DNA of 64,000 nucleotides from Octopus sinensis (GCF_006345805.1 NC_043000.1:164772236-164836235); one strand, 5' to 3'. Numbered from the stretch's first letter, positions 38,215-52,547 are shown. A program made the numbers and translations. The notes: a model not told the origin generated them from the letters alone.

Positions 38215-39050
38215 ACAAAAACAAACGATAAATGCTCTTGCAGGGATAAATCAAAATGTCCTTTGATGAACCTCTGTATGAGTACAAATCATGTATATAA
38301 ATGTACCGTGCACAGAAAGCGAGGGCCCTATGTTTACATTGGGCAGACGGTTGATTCATTTAAGAATCGTTTTCGTAATCATGTTGCCAGCTTTAGGTCA
38401 ATCAATAAGAGACATTCGACATCTTTGGCAGATTTTATATGGCGACTGAAGGAGGCTAATAGGAAATAATACATCACTTAGTCCGTAGTTAGGCATGCAA
38501 AACCATACACTGCAATTTCCAGGAGATGCCGTCTCTGCTCCGAGGAATCCCTGTCTATTCTGTGGACTAACGAAAAGTTACTTAATAGAATTTCTGAAAA
38601 AGTATCGAGATGCCTACGCGCATATAAATGTACTTTCGCACAATGCAGTGGGAATGAATTTTGAGTAAACGTCAATTTAGTGTAATTTTATTTTATTTTA
38701 CTTTAAGGTATGGGTGACTTAAATTTATTTAAACCTCGCCGTTCTTCTAAACACCTACTAAATATCTAACTTGCTTTGTAATTATGAGTGCGCCTAACCT
38801 CGCGTGTTCGTATGCTCACATTTTTTCTAATGCTTGTATGAGCGTGTGTACTCGTGACATGCAGCTTACCCGAGGGCATTTATACATCCATATCGGTTAA
38901 CGGTTATTTTCAATACTTTTCTCGCTGGATTAAGTTTTCGTTTCTCCTTTTGTCTTCTGCAATTTTATTTTTTGATTTTCTATATATATGAAGAGCCCTC
39001 CGCAGGACCAAGCATAAAGGCCGCCCTATCGGGCGACATTTACGTTACTG
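38215..39050 (+). mobile_element. Penelope-like 3' fragment (GIY-YIG + tail with decayed hammerhead)
   Basis: CSCRDKSKCPL..VYKCTV..YIGQT..FKNRFRNH; ATGAAGA-GCCC...GGGC-GACA at 38988-39038. Confidence 0.85.
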
Positions 39051-39051
39051 A

Positions 39052-39111
<60 letters not shown>

Positions 39112-39114
<3 letters not shown>

Positions 39115-39660
39115 GAAAATTTACAAAAAAAAAACGAAGACGGGTGTGTAAACAACAAACATGTATTAGTTTAACGCTCGGGAAGTGAGAAAGACTTTTA
39201 CGTTTCGATCCTACACTCTTCGTCAGGTAAGAACACAAAAATAAACAGGGAGAGAAAATCGAAACAGGTTCAGTGGCTAGCGATCTATCATGGCGAACGT
39301 CGGACAGAGGGCTCACAAAGGAGAGCTAGGTAAAAAAGGGAGATAATAAAGTAGTGGTGATACCAAAACGAAGGTGGGCGTGCGTCTATGTGAGACCGTA
39401 TATATACGTGTTGAAGCGGGTTCGTGACATTGATGTGTGCGTGTGCGCATGTGTAGTTATGTGGATGATGGTGTGGGTGCTGCGAAGTAGTCAGTGCTAG
39501 TGTGTGCGTGGTGGTGTGATGTGATATGGTGTAGTATTGTGGTTTGATGGTGTGTGGTTGTGTGGTGTGGTGGTGTGCGGTGTGGTGGTATGCGGTGTGG
39601 TGGTGTGCGGTGTGGTGGTGTGGGGTGTCGGGGAGACGACAGAGGGCGAAGCAAGTGTGG
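39112..39660 (-). mobile_element. Penelope-like tail fragment with hammerhead core
   Basis: Minus strand 39195-39230: CTGACGA-AGAG tgtagg ATC-GAAA-CG-TA; layout resembles 60280-60800. Confidence 0.6.
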
Positions 39661-39876
39661 TGTCTACTTTCAACTTACGTTGAAAGTTTGCTTTAGATAC
39701 ATTGAGATGTATTGAAAGATACAGGTAAGAAAACTGTTTTATTCTGAAACGCAGGATAACGCTAACAACACAGCACGAACTTTGTTGACTTTCAACGTAA
39801 GTTCAATTTAACGTAGGATAGCGTCTTACAGAGCTAGATTTTTATATTCTAAATTTACAGAAGAATTTGCTGTTCG

Positions 39877-39949
39877 GGCAGTTTAGCTCAATGGTAAAGT
39901 AACTGACGTGTAATCACAGGGATGTGAGTTAGAGTCTCATGGATGGCCG
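39877..39949 (+). pseudogene. tRNA-like sequence (Thr-TGT-like pseudogene or SINE head)
   Basis: TAGCTCAATGGTAAAGT D-arm, TGA-CGTGTAA-TCA anticodon arm, GTGAG-TTAGAGT-CTCAT T-arm with a mutated TTC; imperfect acceptor stem. Confidence 0.5.
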
Positions 39950-40209
39950 ACAGATTTTTCTGCAAAATATGGATAGTTTATCCTGTTTATGGTATATTAT
40001 CAACATTAATCTGCGTTTGAGAATTAAAACATTTCCTTATCTGTATCATACGTACATACACCACGTGATCACGTGACCGACCAGACCATCAGATGTTGTT
40101 ACACATCGCTGGTCACAATGCGTTCGCATACATACATACATACATACATACACAACACACACACACACACACACACACACACCACACACACACACAACAC
40201 ACACACACA

Positions 40210-40276
<67 letters not shown>

Positions 40277-41724
40277 CTAAATATATATAACTAATAGCTA
40301 AATTCTTTGGCTGCTATTTCTAAAAGCTCGGTACGTGGTAAAGCAATTTTTTTTTTGCTGAACCCTAATTATATAATGTAATGTTTTTATATATATAATA
40401 TATATATATATATATAAAGAGTAAATATATATATATATTTACTCTTTTACTTGTTTCAGTCATTTGACTGTAGCCATGCTGGAGCACCGCCCTTAATCGA
40501 GCAACTCGACACCGGTGACTTTTTCTTTTGTAAGCCCAGTACTTATTCTATCGGTCTCTTATGCCGAACCGCTAAGTAACGCGGGCATAAACACACCAGC
40601 ATCGGTTGTCAAGCAATGCTAGGGGGACAAACACAGACACACACACACACACACGCATATATATACATATCATACACGCACACAGATACATACTTTCATG
40701 CGTACATATTCGAGAAGTTCTTTCAGTCTGCGATTACTAAATCCATTCCCAAGGCTTTGGTCAACGGAAGGCGAGAGTGGAAGATACTTTTCCATGATTC
40801 CGTGCAGTAGGACTGAACCCACAACCTCCCAGTTGTAAATCAATGGCCGTATTAAGAAGCCACACAACCATGCTTGCGTCAATTTTGTATGATTAATGTA
40901 AAATCTTAACAATTCTACGTAACGGGATTATCATAGTTTAAGAAGGGATTCTAATCGCTTTATGAAATCATTAGCAGTTGAAGGGAAATCACTCTTGCAG
41001 AATAGGAATGATTACTTCCCTTTGAATTCATTTTGAAACACAATTTCGAATTGAAAACTGTTTAACTCAGTAGGCAATAAAGTAAATCAGCAGATGTCGC
41101 GTCTTCTGTGTGTTTTTACGATTGCAATTCCAGTCGATGATTCACTTCCACTTCTCCGAATCACATTGAAAACCGTATGTCTCGTGGGCCGCAACGGACA
41201 CCTGACGGTTATGGTGAGTGTGTCCGTATGTCATTGGAACCACTCAAACGGTGATCCAGCATCGGTCCGCTCACCGCTGCCATCCGATGATACGAAAAAA
41301 ACAATCAGTCTCCCGGGCGCCTGTTCATTCGACGAGGTGTAAACCATCGTTAGTTTAGGATCAGCGATTCTGTTCGGAGAGACTTGCTTAAGAGAACAGC
41401 TACCACACTGCGGTATGTTGCATCTATTCTTGCGGAAGGCATGATCCCGCATCGGAGGCGTGGTGTAGCTCGGTGTCAAGAACTTAGTATCATCCGACGA
41501 CATCGGTGACGTGAATCACTCGGGAAACGATCAAAACTGAACGGTGCCGGAAAAGATGGCTCTAAGCGCCAGAATATGCATCCTCTTGTGTCATGATGTC
41601 TGTCTGTCTGTCAGTCTAAGTCTATTTAGGAGTTTAAGCAAAGCTGGGGCATCCTCGCCGCCCTTCTCGAGTGAGTTACTGGATGCTGGCTCTATTCATT
41701 GAGTCCGTCTGATATATTTGTCTT

Positions 41725-42750
41725 CTCATTTGCCAGGATAGAGAGAGAAAGAGAGAGAGAGAGGGAGGGGAAAGGGTGAACGAAGAAGGGAGAGAGAAGA
41801 AAGAGGGGGAGGAAGGAAGAGACAGATGGGAGAAAGAAAAAAGGAGGGTAAGAGAGAGAAAAGGAATAAGAAAAGTTTAAGAAACGAAATAAGGAACGAA
41901 ATAAAGGAAGGAAGAAAGAAAAAAGAAACAAAGAAAGAGTGAAAGGAAGACTGAATGAAAGAAAAGAAGAAAGAGAGAGAGAGAAAGAATGAAAGAAAGT
42001 TGAGGGGGAGAGGGGGAAAGAAAGAAAGAAAGAAGAGAAAATAAGAAGAAAGAAAGAAAGATAGAAATGAAGACAGAAGGAATGAAAGAAAGAAATTAGA
42101 GAAAGAAAGGAGGGAAGAAAGAATGAAAAAGAGTTTGAAAGAAAGGCGAAGTGATTCTATAAGAGAGAGAGTGAGAGAGAGAGAGAGAGAGGGCAGTCAT
42201 GCAGGCAGACAGACAGACAGACATAAGAAGGGAAAGAGAGAAAGAAATTGAGAGAAATGAAGATAGCAAAGAGCGGAGAGAGAGAGAGAGAGAGGAAGAG
42301 GGAAAGAAGATAGAAAATGAGTAGAGATGGAGTAATAAGGGAGTGGTGTATATGATTAGCATAAAGAGGAGAGTATGAGGCAAGAGGCGTAGTGAGAGGA
42401 TATTATATGAGGTGGAGAGAAGAGAGAGATATTGATACGTAGAGAGAGGGAGATGCTGACGTGGGAGAGAAAGCAAAAGTGGTAGAGGGATATTAGGATA
42501 TATAAGGTGGTAAAGAGGGAGAGAGTGAGAGAGGAAGGGGGAGAAGGAGAGAGAGGTGACGTATGATTTATATACTTTGTGGGAGAGGGAGTGTATCAGA
42601 TTAGAGAGAGTAAGAGAAGCAGACAGGAGTTATACAGGAATGTATAAAGGAGTGAAACGGAGAGAGAGAGAGAGAGAGAGAGATAAGTAGAGAAGCTTAG
42701 TGATATATATATATAAATGTGTGTGTGTATGTGTGAATGTGTGTGTGTGT
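41725..42750. repeat. Purine-rich (GA/GAAA) low-complexity tract
   Basis: Direct composition. Confidence 0.9.
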
Positions 42751-42794
42751 GTACTAAGAGATTGTGATCGGTGATAGAAAACAAGAGAATTAGG

Positions 42795-42827
<33 letters not shown>

Positions 42828-42831
<4 letters not shown>

Positions 42832-43655
42832 AGGTTTGGAGATGATGTACAGGTATTATATATTAGAAGAAATGAGGTACTCAGAAGATCGGATGGTTTA
42901 TATTTACAGGTATTTATTTGTATATTACATGTTTTTATACATCATATAACTCAGATCATGTATTAGCGCTTTCTCCCATTCTAGTGGGGTTTTCGAATCA
43001 AACTAAGTTCCTGTGTGAAAAGTTTTGACCATTTTATAGTGGTATTGAGTTTGTAGTGGTGGGGAGGAATATAAGACAGTACAAGAGGGTGATGGATGAG
43101 GAGAAAGTGAGAGAGAGAACATGTGTGTATGTGTGTGTGTGTGTTTTTGTATCTGGGGTGAGTGCTAAAATTGTGTTGATATCAACACAATTTTTATAGC
43201 ATTTAATAGCATTTGACCATTCTCACAAAAGTGGTCAAAGCTGAAATTCTTTTTTTTTTTTCCTAAGGCCTTAGAACCCCCTTGGAGTCAATATTCTGTC
43301 CAGCAGACCAAAAAAATTCTTTCCTTCTTCTTCCCTCTCCCTTCCCCTCTTTCTCTTTAGCACTCACCCCAGATACAAAAACACACACACACACATATAC
43401 ACATGTTCTCTCTCTCACTTTCTCCTCATCCATCACCCTCTTGTAATGTCTTATATTCCTCCCCACCACTACGAAACTCTATAAAATGATCAAAATTCCC
43501 CACACAGGAACTTAGTTTGATTTGAAAACCCCACTAGAATGGGAGAAAGCGCTAATGATCTAAGTGATATGATATATATATAAAAAATGTATTATATAAA
43601 TAAATATCTGTAAATATAAACCATCCGATCTTCTGAGTACCTCATTTCTTCTAAC

Positions 43656-43657
<2 letters not shown>
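42828..43657. mobile_element. Second inverted pair of the 1730-3955 repeat family; hammerhead-like motifs at 42960-42999 (-) and 43519-43556 (+)
   Basis: Arms ~42860-43168 / ~43357-43655; a perfect 28-bp palindrome (43167-43194) sits at the junction. Confidence 0.8.
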
Positions 43658-43713
<56 letters not shown>

Positions 43714-43759
43714 ATATATATAAATGTGTGTATGTGAGTATGTATGTGTATATGTATGA

Positions 43760-43831
<72 letters not shown>

Positions 43832-44160
43832 GATATAGATATATATATATATATATATTTAGGTAAATATATTCAATAAGAATATTATAAACTGAATTTA
43901 TCTTGATGCTCCATTGTATAAAAATATTAATACTATTAAAGTATTTATATATTTAATACGAGTGATATATACATATATTTTTTTTAATAATATATTATTA
44001 TTATAATTAAGGAAATCAATATTGAACTCATCCTAAAGATATACCCGTGTGAAAGACCTTATTGTATTAAAAATATATATGAATAAATAAATATAAAAAT
44101 ATAATTATAATGTATAAGATAAATTTGAAAGATTAAAAGTTTTGAATTAATTTTTTAAGC

Positions 44161-44250
44161 ATCTTACGATCGTTTCGCAGAAGAGTTGTCCCTATATTGA
44201 AATCCTATATTGATAAGCATTTATAGACAACCCTTCTGTTCTTCAGAGAT
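44161..44250 (-). ncRNA. Type I hammerhead ribozyme with long stem II
   Basis: Minus strand: ATCT-CTGAAGA-A-CAGAAGGGTTGTC (~40-nt loop) GACAACTCTTCTG-C-GAAA-CGATCG-TA-AGAT; GUA triplet; lies in an AT-rich PLE-like tail (~43860-44400). Confidence 0.85.
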
Positions 44251-45129
44251 ATAAAATATGAATATTGTATAATATATCGAATGATAGTTTTTTTTTTAAA
44301 TTTGAAGTAAAATTGTAAAATGGTGTTTGTAAAATAGTGTTTGTTTGAAATGTAAAATGAAAATTAAAAATTACTACTTTTGATGAGAGTCTTTAAATCC
44401 ATATATATTTCCTTGGTTATTTTACTGCAATAATCCATATAGCCCCAGCCCATTCATAGTACATGGATTGCAGAACGTCCTGCTGTGCTTACCTTGGATC
44501 ATAGAGTGACCTGCTGTGCTTGAGGAGACCTATTGAGTCAAGTACATCAACTTCAACATCAATATCAAATATCAAAACAAATATCAAGTGGAAATTGTAG
44601 TTACGACACCTGTGCCGGTGGCACGTAAAAATCACCATCCGAACGTGGCCGATGCCAGCACTGCTTTGATTGGCTCCTGTGCCGGTGGCACGTAAAAAGC
44701 ATCACCCAAACGTGGCCGATGCCAGCGCCGCCTTGACTGGCTTCTGTGCCAGTTGCACATAAAAGCACCAACCGATCGTGGATGTTTGCCAGACCCCCTG
44801 GCACCAGTGCAGGTAGCACGTAAAAATCACCCACTACACTCTCTGAGTGGTTGGCGTTAGGAAGGGCATCCAGCTGTAGAAACACTGCCAGATCAGACTG
44901 GAGTCTGGTGCAGCCTTCTGGCTTCCCAGACCCTGGTCAAACCGTCCAACCCATGTTAGCACGGAAAACGGACGTTAGACGATGATGATTCATACTCAAA
45001 ATCCGTCATATTATCTTGCATTCCAGTATAGTTCATGTAGTTAGTTTAGAAAATTTTACTAAACACATACTGTCAATTCCCTATTATAATGGCTAAACCA
45101 AAAACCATCATACACATACCTTCATCATA

Positions 45130-45700
45130 TTCACGGAACAAATTGCCCCTTGCGAGACCCTCACCAATGTTTCATGTCGACATAGTGTCTTTAATACTCC
45201 AACATTAGTCTGCCATCATGTGTGTGTTCCATTGGCCTTGATATCTCTCTCCTAATCTTGATTGCTTGATAGAACGCTCACCATGCTCATCGCTCGCGTC
45301 TCCGAGATTAGCAGGAAATTCATCAAGAGGGCTTTTGAAGAAATGAAGCTTTATGCTCATATCGCTGCCTAAAGCTGATAGCTATCAAGTAATATCTCCA
45401 CCAAATCCTTGTAGTTTTCAGCCTTTTCACTCGCTACAAATCCTTTCACAACAGCCACAAATGAGTCCCATGCTCTTTTTTCTACGGTCGTCATCGAGCA
45501 CGAGAATGTCTGGCATTTCATTAACTTTCGGATTTGTGACCCATCAAAAAACAACATCCATTATTTTATCATAACACAGGAAATGCTAAACATATGAATT
45601 TGAAACAGCTACTCTCCACATTAAGAGCTTCGATATATTACTTCATTAGTCCTAGTTTAATATGAAGAGTTGATAAAATGATTTTCTCTCGCTCACAAAC
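45130..45700 (-). mobile_element. Decayed DNA-transposon transposase fragment (superfamily uncertain)
   Basis: HIKLGLMK, FDGSQIRKL, FPANLGDASDEHGER and RYQGQWN..MMAD motifs with stops. Confidence 0.7.
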
Positions 45701-46879
45701 CTGAATTTTTATTCAACCACACCGACCACTTTGGAGAGGCCTGTCTTAAACCACAGCAGGACAAAGTGATATATATCCTTAGACACATCATGTATTATAT
45801 AGAATACTATGTCTATAGGATATATAAAGGGAAAAGACATCATATATATATACCAAGGTATCTACTCTCAGCTAAAACTGAAGGTAGATAACTATCAATA
45901 TAGCAAGAATATTAAGCTGTCTATATAACAATGGGTTGTTTAGGGGAGAGGATTAGATATACAACAATAGCAACAACAATAAATGAACGTTTCAAAGTTT
46001 TGTCTTTATTTTAAATGTGAATTTTTAACAAAGGAGCCAAACCAGCGAAGGGATCACTATGTCGTTGATATACCTGCTAGAATTAGTAGCTAAATTCACA
46101 CAATATCACTGTACAGAAGGGCATATTGGACAATATGGTTGTGGGTTCTCTTTGGAAATAGGCATGATGATCCTGGCTGGAATGCGTTTGATCATAAGTC
46201 TCCGTTTGGTCAAGGTTAATCTGAGGCTAAACAACAACAGTTACACAGAAATTCACTTTGCGTCTAATGACAGACATTCCATTGCAGCGAAACATTCAGC
46301 TTCTTCAAGAGCTGCACTTAATGTTGCATGTGTCCGTGTTTCTGGGTCGCAATTTCTGAACCATTCCTACAGCATCAGGTAGCCGTGTTTAACAGTGTCA
46401 ATAGACTCATCATCAATTTTCAGTTCAGTTGTATCAACTCCTAAAAAAATCGCTGCAAAAGACACAACAATAAGAAATAAATGCAACAACATTAACAATA
46501 TTAACAATGATATAAAAGATGTGTGTTGTTATAAACATAACAAAGAAACTATTTCAAGAGAGAAATATAAAAAAATAGCTAAGAAACAAGAAAATTATAA
46601 GACATTGTTTTCTATTTCTAAGGATGATGAGAAAAATAACAAAGTGGTTAAATTGATGGAGATTTAAAAAAAAAATTAATTAAAGTTTACACTTGAGAAT
46701 CTTTTAAGGTAAACCGATGGCAGATGTGTTTGTGAAGGCAAAAGTGTATGAGAACCTAAAGAATCAACATAGGGTACCAACAGGCAAACCATTTGATATC
46801 CTTTCATTCCTCTGCTCAATATTCTGGGAGAGTTGTGGGGATAGAGTCCCCTGGCATTTCTTCCATAGGGGCCTATCAG

Positions 46880-47050
46880 ATGTAACCATCATTACATATT
46901 TTGGTTGGATTCCCAAGCATCAACAACTAAGTCTATCGATATCATCCAACTATTTAGTGCTTGGTCTACCCCTGGGTCTCCTACTCCATTGGTTTGGCTG
47001 GAAGAATCTGTCTTGTAATTCATTCCTGCGACATTCTGATCACATGTCCT
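46880..47050 (-). mobile_element. RTE-like C-terminal remnant
   Basis: GHVIRM...RPRGRP on the minus strand. Confidence 0.5.
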
Positions 47051-47949
47051 AGGTACCAGAGATGTGAAGAAGTGGCTCAACCTGGAGAGACTCGCAGATC
47101 TCTGAACTATACATCCTATTGGGTAACATTACTCCAGAGACCCTTCAGAGAAATCCCATATATCTGTCTTAATCTGGCAGATTTCAGATCTGATGTTCAA
47201 AGGGTCATGAAAGTAATGTCTCTCTGTGAAATCAATCACCTTGCAAAGTTCCCAAAATGACACTGAAAATCAAATGAATAATGATAGACCAACAGTCGAT
47301 TATTCTCAGTCAAATTCAATCCTTTTTGAATCTACTCCAGATTCAATCAATTCTCCTGAACCCATTCAGTTATTCTTATGTCTCAGTGAGAGAGAGACCA
47401 GCCATGGTCTGGCTTCACTTGTGAATATTTCATTTCTGGGCAATTTCCTTAGAGTCATTCTCTCTTTTTGGATGTGGGGAATATGATATGATTTGGCTGT
47501 GTCACCCCTATACTAAGTCTGTTTTTACTGAAGCATTTACAAACATATGTCATATGGTAAAGTCATTCCAATATGGCAATATAAATTGCAATTATCACTT
47601 TCAAACACAATAACCCAATCCCTAATGGCTTCAAGAAGACCCTAACTCATGGTCTTTTGATGGAGTAAAGACGAACCAAAAATATTGTCATTAACTCAGC
47701 TGTTTACCCTCAACATATTTTTCTTCTTTCTTCCAATATTAAATGCTACTTGTATTTTCTTGTGTATCCATAATTACCAACCTCAGTTGATACTTCATGA
47801 AATACCAGTAATATCATTAATAGAATTTATTTTGCAGCTAACCATTCCACTGGAAATTAGGACAAATGAAATAGCTCAGGTGAATGTAAAATTTATATAA
47901 ATCAATTAGGTAGTGTAATTTTATACTCACCTACTTGCCACCAATCTCT

Positions 47950-49250
47950 TCCTAACCTCTTAGCCACTCTCAGAAGATCCTTCTCCTTCAGCTCTGGACT
48001 CCCTGAAATAAATATTTCCAAATTTTATAATTTATACTAAATTTCTTAATCTTTATTCTTGAGGCATGCTTATCATCAATGGTCAACTGGTGACCACTAT
48101 GATTTTGGTCAACCTTTTTAATCTATGTAATAGCTCAATATTTTGGTCCACAACAAAATAGATTAAACTTCTTAAACTTCGTCTCTCTATCAAGACATCC
48201 TACATAATCTAACAATGTTGCATTTGTCACATTTAATTATCATTTGATAAGACTGATTTTTCTCACAGTTCTCTATTTCCCTTCTTATATCTGTACCAAA
48301 CCTGTGACATGACTTCACTCACCAACATTTTTCTCATCTTCTGCTTAATTCTAATGTCAACCAAGGTGTTTTCCAAAGACCTAACCACAAATACACGGCA
48401 GACAAATTCATGTAGGATAAACATACACCTGACATCTTTGTGAAGGGTTGATGTTGGTAATCTTGAATCATACTCCGCACATCCCAGTTCACAAGAACAT
48501 CATCTGATTCAGGAAATATTTTAAGACTCCTTAATAAAGAAGTTCTTTAAAACCCTTTATTCCCCCCCAAAAGTTTTGGCTTATCTATTGCTCATAAGAT
48601 GTCTTCTTTTTGTGCTATTATCTCGATGCCTCTACTCTTGTGGGACAATGAGGTAGTGTACCATCACCCTAAACAGTTTCTCTTTAACCTTTGACATGCT
48701 TTCTTCTGCTACTTTGAATTTCACTTATTTCTGCTGAGCTTTGGCCAATGACGGCAACATTTATTTGCCTTCAACCCTATTCTTGACCAACTAATTAATT
48801 AATACAGTCTATTCAGAACTATTTGCATATCCTTTTGCTCTGTTGTTTGTGTTGTTATGCCATCCATTAATGTCGTCTTAGGGGACTTCACTCGAGTTAT
48901 TTCTTCTGATCAATCTGCTGATCTAATAAACATTTCCATAACAAGTACAAACAAAATGACTGATATTGTGCAACCCACGGCAATTCCAGTCTCAAGACGA
49001 TGCGAGTCTGTTGTGAAATATTCTGTCCTGAAGCGCATTTTGAAATCATTACAGCAACTCTTCATTAGATTCTTAATCTTTTCTCGTATATAAAAGACGT
49101 TCGTTGTTTTCAGCAACAATTCGTGTAGTACAGAACGATAAGCATTAACCTGATCAAGCCATACAACATTCAAATCGCTTTTGTTCTTCTTTGTATCTTG
49201 TATCGCATCCCAGATTCAAAATGCAAGTTCCACACATTCAGGGATTCCTG
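47950..49250 (-). mobile_element. Decayed RLE-type non-LTR retrotransposon (HERO/NeSL-like)
   Basis: VVWLD..NAY.SV.H and LETGIAVGCTISVILFVLVME RT motifs; CRVFV remnant near 48390. Confidence 0.65.
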
Positions 49251-49519
49251 ACTTCTCTCTTTTATTCTTTACTCTTTTATTTGTTTCAGTCAGTTGACTG
49301 TGGTCACGCTGGAGCACCGCCTTTAGTCGAGCATATCGACCTCAGGACTTATTCTTTGTAAGCCTGGTACTTATTCTATTGGTCTCTTTTGCCGAACAAT
49401 TAAGTTACGGGGACGTAAACACACCAGTACCGGTTGTCAAGCGATGTTGGGGGGACAAACACAGATACACAAACATATACACATACATACACACACACAC
49501 ACACAACAAACAAACATAT

Positions 49520-49585
<66 letters not shown>

Positions 49586-49863
49586 GTATGTATATATTGA
49601 GGAGAGAGAGGGAAAGAAAGATCTAATCAAATGTAGGTTGGAATAGATACGTAAAGAGAAAGGGAGAGGGAAAGAGAGAGAGAGAATAAGAAAAAGGAAG
49701 ACGGAAAGAGGGAGAGTCAGAATGATTGAGAGGAGGTGGAAAAGGAAGTGATATATAGGTTTACCGAAAGAGGGAGTCATCGTGATAAGAGAGAAAAAGA
49801 GGCGGGGCAATATGTAATGAAGTGTCAGGGAGAGGGAAAAAAGGAAATAATAATAAGCATGTT

Positions 49864-49900
<37 letters not shown>

Positions 49901-50108
49901 TGTGCGGTGAGAGGGATAAAAAGAGGCAGAGAAGAATAGAAAAAGAATAGGGAAGAGATAAAGTGAATTGTATATATACATATTGAGAGAGGGAGAGTAT
50001 GAGCTGAGAGAGAAATCAGGGAGGCGGAGCTATGCAATATGAGAGAGAGAGAGATATAAGGAGAAACAGGGAGGGAACAGAGAGATACAGAAATATACAA
50101 TGAGGTAG

Positions 50109-50383
50109 CTATGTCCTTCCTAGTTGCAAATATCAGGTATTGACTGGTATTTCTAGCATGGTTTTAGACTACTTAAATCAGTATTAAAACTTCTGAAAAT
50201 GTTCTTTAACTCTTCTATGAAAAAGAACAAAAATTTAAAGGCCATTGGCTGGTGTTTCTAGCATGGTGTACGAACATATCTTGTTTGATTTAATATATAA
50301 ATCCTTATGTGTCCTTCAATTGATATACGATGTAGTGAATTTCGTGTCATTTGCTTATTGCTTCTAGCATAAAGAATGACCAC
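50109..50383. repeat. Left arm of ~275-bp inverted repeat (partner 57086-57366)
   Basis: High-identity reverse complement by direct reading. Confidence 0.9.
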
Positions 50384-50384
50384 G

Positions 50385-50520
50385 CCCTAACCCTAACCCC
50401 TCCCCCTCAATGTAAGGGTAGGTAAAGGGAGATAATTAGACTTTGCTGCGTGCAATAGTTCAGGAGAGGAAATACGCATGCGCATTGAACGAGCATTCTA
50501 CTTGATGTTGACTTCCGCTT
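50385..50520 (+). promoter_or_regulatory. Probable promoter of the zinc-finger gene
   Basis: CCCTAACCCTAACCC, NRF1-like CGCATGCGCA (50475-50484) and ETS-like ACTTCCGC (50511-50518), followed by candidate splice donors at 50603 and 50669. Confidence 0.55.
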
Positions 50521-51256
50521 AAATCTCCTTTGAATGAATTTCTTTTAATCAGCTGATAATAATAAGAATAATAATAATAAGACATTTATAATTCTTTATA
50601 AGGTATTTCTCAACTGCGACACAGACACACACATATATAAACAACACTATCCTTTACGAGACATTTGCGTAAGTATTAAACAATGAAAAGATTCTGTTTT
50701 TTAATTCTGTAGACTTTCGGTTTTTGGCGCCTCAATTCTTTGTGTCTTTTCGATGTTTTATGAATGAGAGATGTCCTTGGTTTCTGCGGTATTTGGCTGC
50801 TATTTCTTGCTACGAAAGCGACATTCTGTGATTTCTGCGATATTTGGCTGCTATTTCTAGCTATGGAAGCTACCTTCTGCCTTCTCCGTCTTTGCCTCTT
50901 TAGGTTGTTATGTGTTTTAGTTTTAGAAATATTCTCAAATACTTTCCAACACTGAAATGTTCGGAAACCAATACTTTATTATAATTTATCAATTGTTTCT
51001 CAGTATCAATATCGATCTGTGCGCCAAACTAATTAGTAATTTGTTTCCTCATAACTTTCTGAAATACCTTTTCAGATGTTGTAGGTAAGAATTATGCAGG
51101 AATTTGTTGTGTAAAGAAAAGTACAACTGAGTGGAGGTTGTGGATAATTTATACACGTCGACTTTATTTTCTCATACCTGTAGATAGAAAATTATGCTCA
51201 AAAATAAGGTGGAACGTTGGAATTTCTCGTCAACATAAGCTTTATATTATTTGCTT

Positions 51257-51492
51257 AAGGCGACGAGCTGGCAGAAACGTTAGCACGATGGGCGAAATGC
51301 TTAGCGGTATTTCGTGTGCCGTTACGTTCTGAGTTCAAGTTCCGCCTAGGTCGACTTTGCCTTTCATCCTTTCGGGGTCGATTAAATATGTACCAGTTAC
51401 GCACTGGAGTCGATATAATCGACTTAATCCGTATGCCTGTCCTTGTTTGTCCCCTCTATGTTTAGCCCCTTGTGGGTAGTAAAGAAATAGAG
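51257..51492 (+). mobile_element. tRNA-derived SINE; further copies at 54935-55168 (-), 58735-58955 (-) and 59215-59390 (+)
   Basis: GAGCTGGCAGAAACGTTAG A-box and GAGTTCAA(A/G)TTCC B-box, with a shared body in four copies. Confidence 0.85.
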
Positions 51493-52547
51493 TATTTGCT
51501 TTGAGTTTTCCCCACCCTCCTCTTGCTTTGCTCGCATTTTTTTTTTCATATTCATTTCCTACACATCTTTTTTTTTTTATCCCGTTTCACTATTTTTCTT
51601 TTCTGATTTTTGTTTCCGGGTCAAGTTGTAAACATTACCCACAATTATCTTCATTATGTATATGAAAATGATGGGGGTGGGAAGGCCATTTATGAAGAAG
51701 ATATTAAAACCTGATTTCCACCCGCTTTTAAGACACCAAACCCCGTTACAATTCTTGGGTGTTTCTTGTATTCCTGTAAAAATCTATTGCTAATTGGATC
51801 TTTTCCTTTTCATGGGCAGATCGATTAATTAATTTTTTTTTAACTAAACACTTTGAAACTTCGGATACTGCTAGGATGTGTCATATAAAACATCTTTTAC
51901 TCTTAGTGTTGCTGAGAAAAGTTTCTATTTTCAAAGTTATTTTGTGTTAAAGTTGTCATATTTCAGTAATTTCAACCAATCAATGACGTATATTCAGCTG
52001 AATAAAATTACTGCTGTTGTTTGTCAACAACTTCTGGCAGTGTATATACACACATATGTATACGTTGATGCTTGTGTGTGTATGTAAAAAAAAAATTATT
52101 CAGTTGTTGAATGTTTATTTTGACATCAAGAGAAATGAATCTGTATTTTTTACATAGCTTCTAAACCTTACACTCTTGTTTCTCTATAATTTCAGAACAT
52201 CAGATGACGTTGACATCACAGAAGAAACATCCTCAATATTTACCATTTTTTAAAGACTAAAGCAAAATATTATACAAAACAGATGTATAACATTGTTTCT
52301 ACAAATCTGTTGTAGAATTCCTGTGAAACATTTGCTCTGAAATAATACTATTAGCCAAGTTTGTGAACATCACTGACTGGAGTGTCTAAAAGAGGAGCCC
52401 CTCTGCTGGTGAAACTTCACAGAATTTATGTAATTGCTGCTAAACAAAGGTAACATCACTGAAATACAACAGTAGAAGTATTTCTAAGGAGTAAAGTGTA
52501 AGAATAAAGCAAGAAAAATAATTTTACTGGAATTTGAGGGGAAAATA

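Noticed and set aside
38988-39045. Functional hammerhead in PLE tail
   Set aside because: The core is mutated (ATGAAGA, GACA) and stems I and III are not recoverable; kept only as a decayed remnant.
39877-39949. Functional tRNA gene
   Set aside because: The T-loop lacks TTC, and the acceptor and anticodon stems are mismatched.
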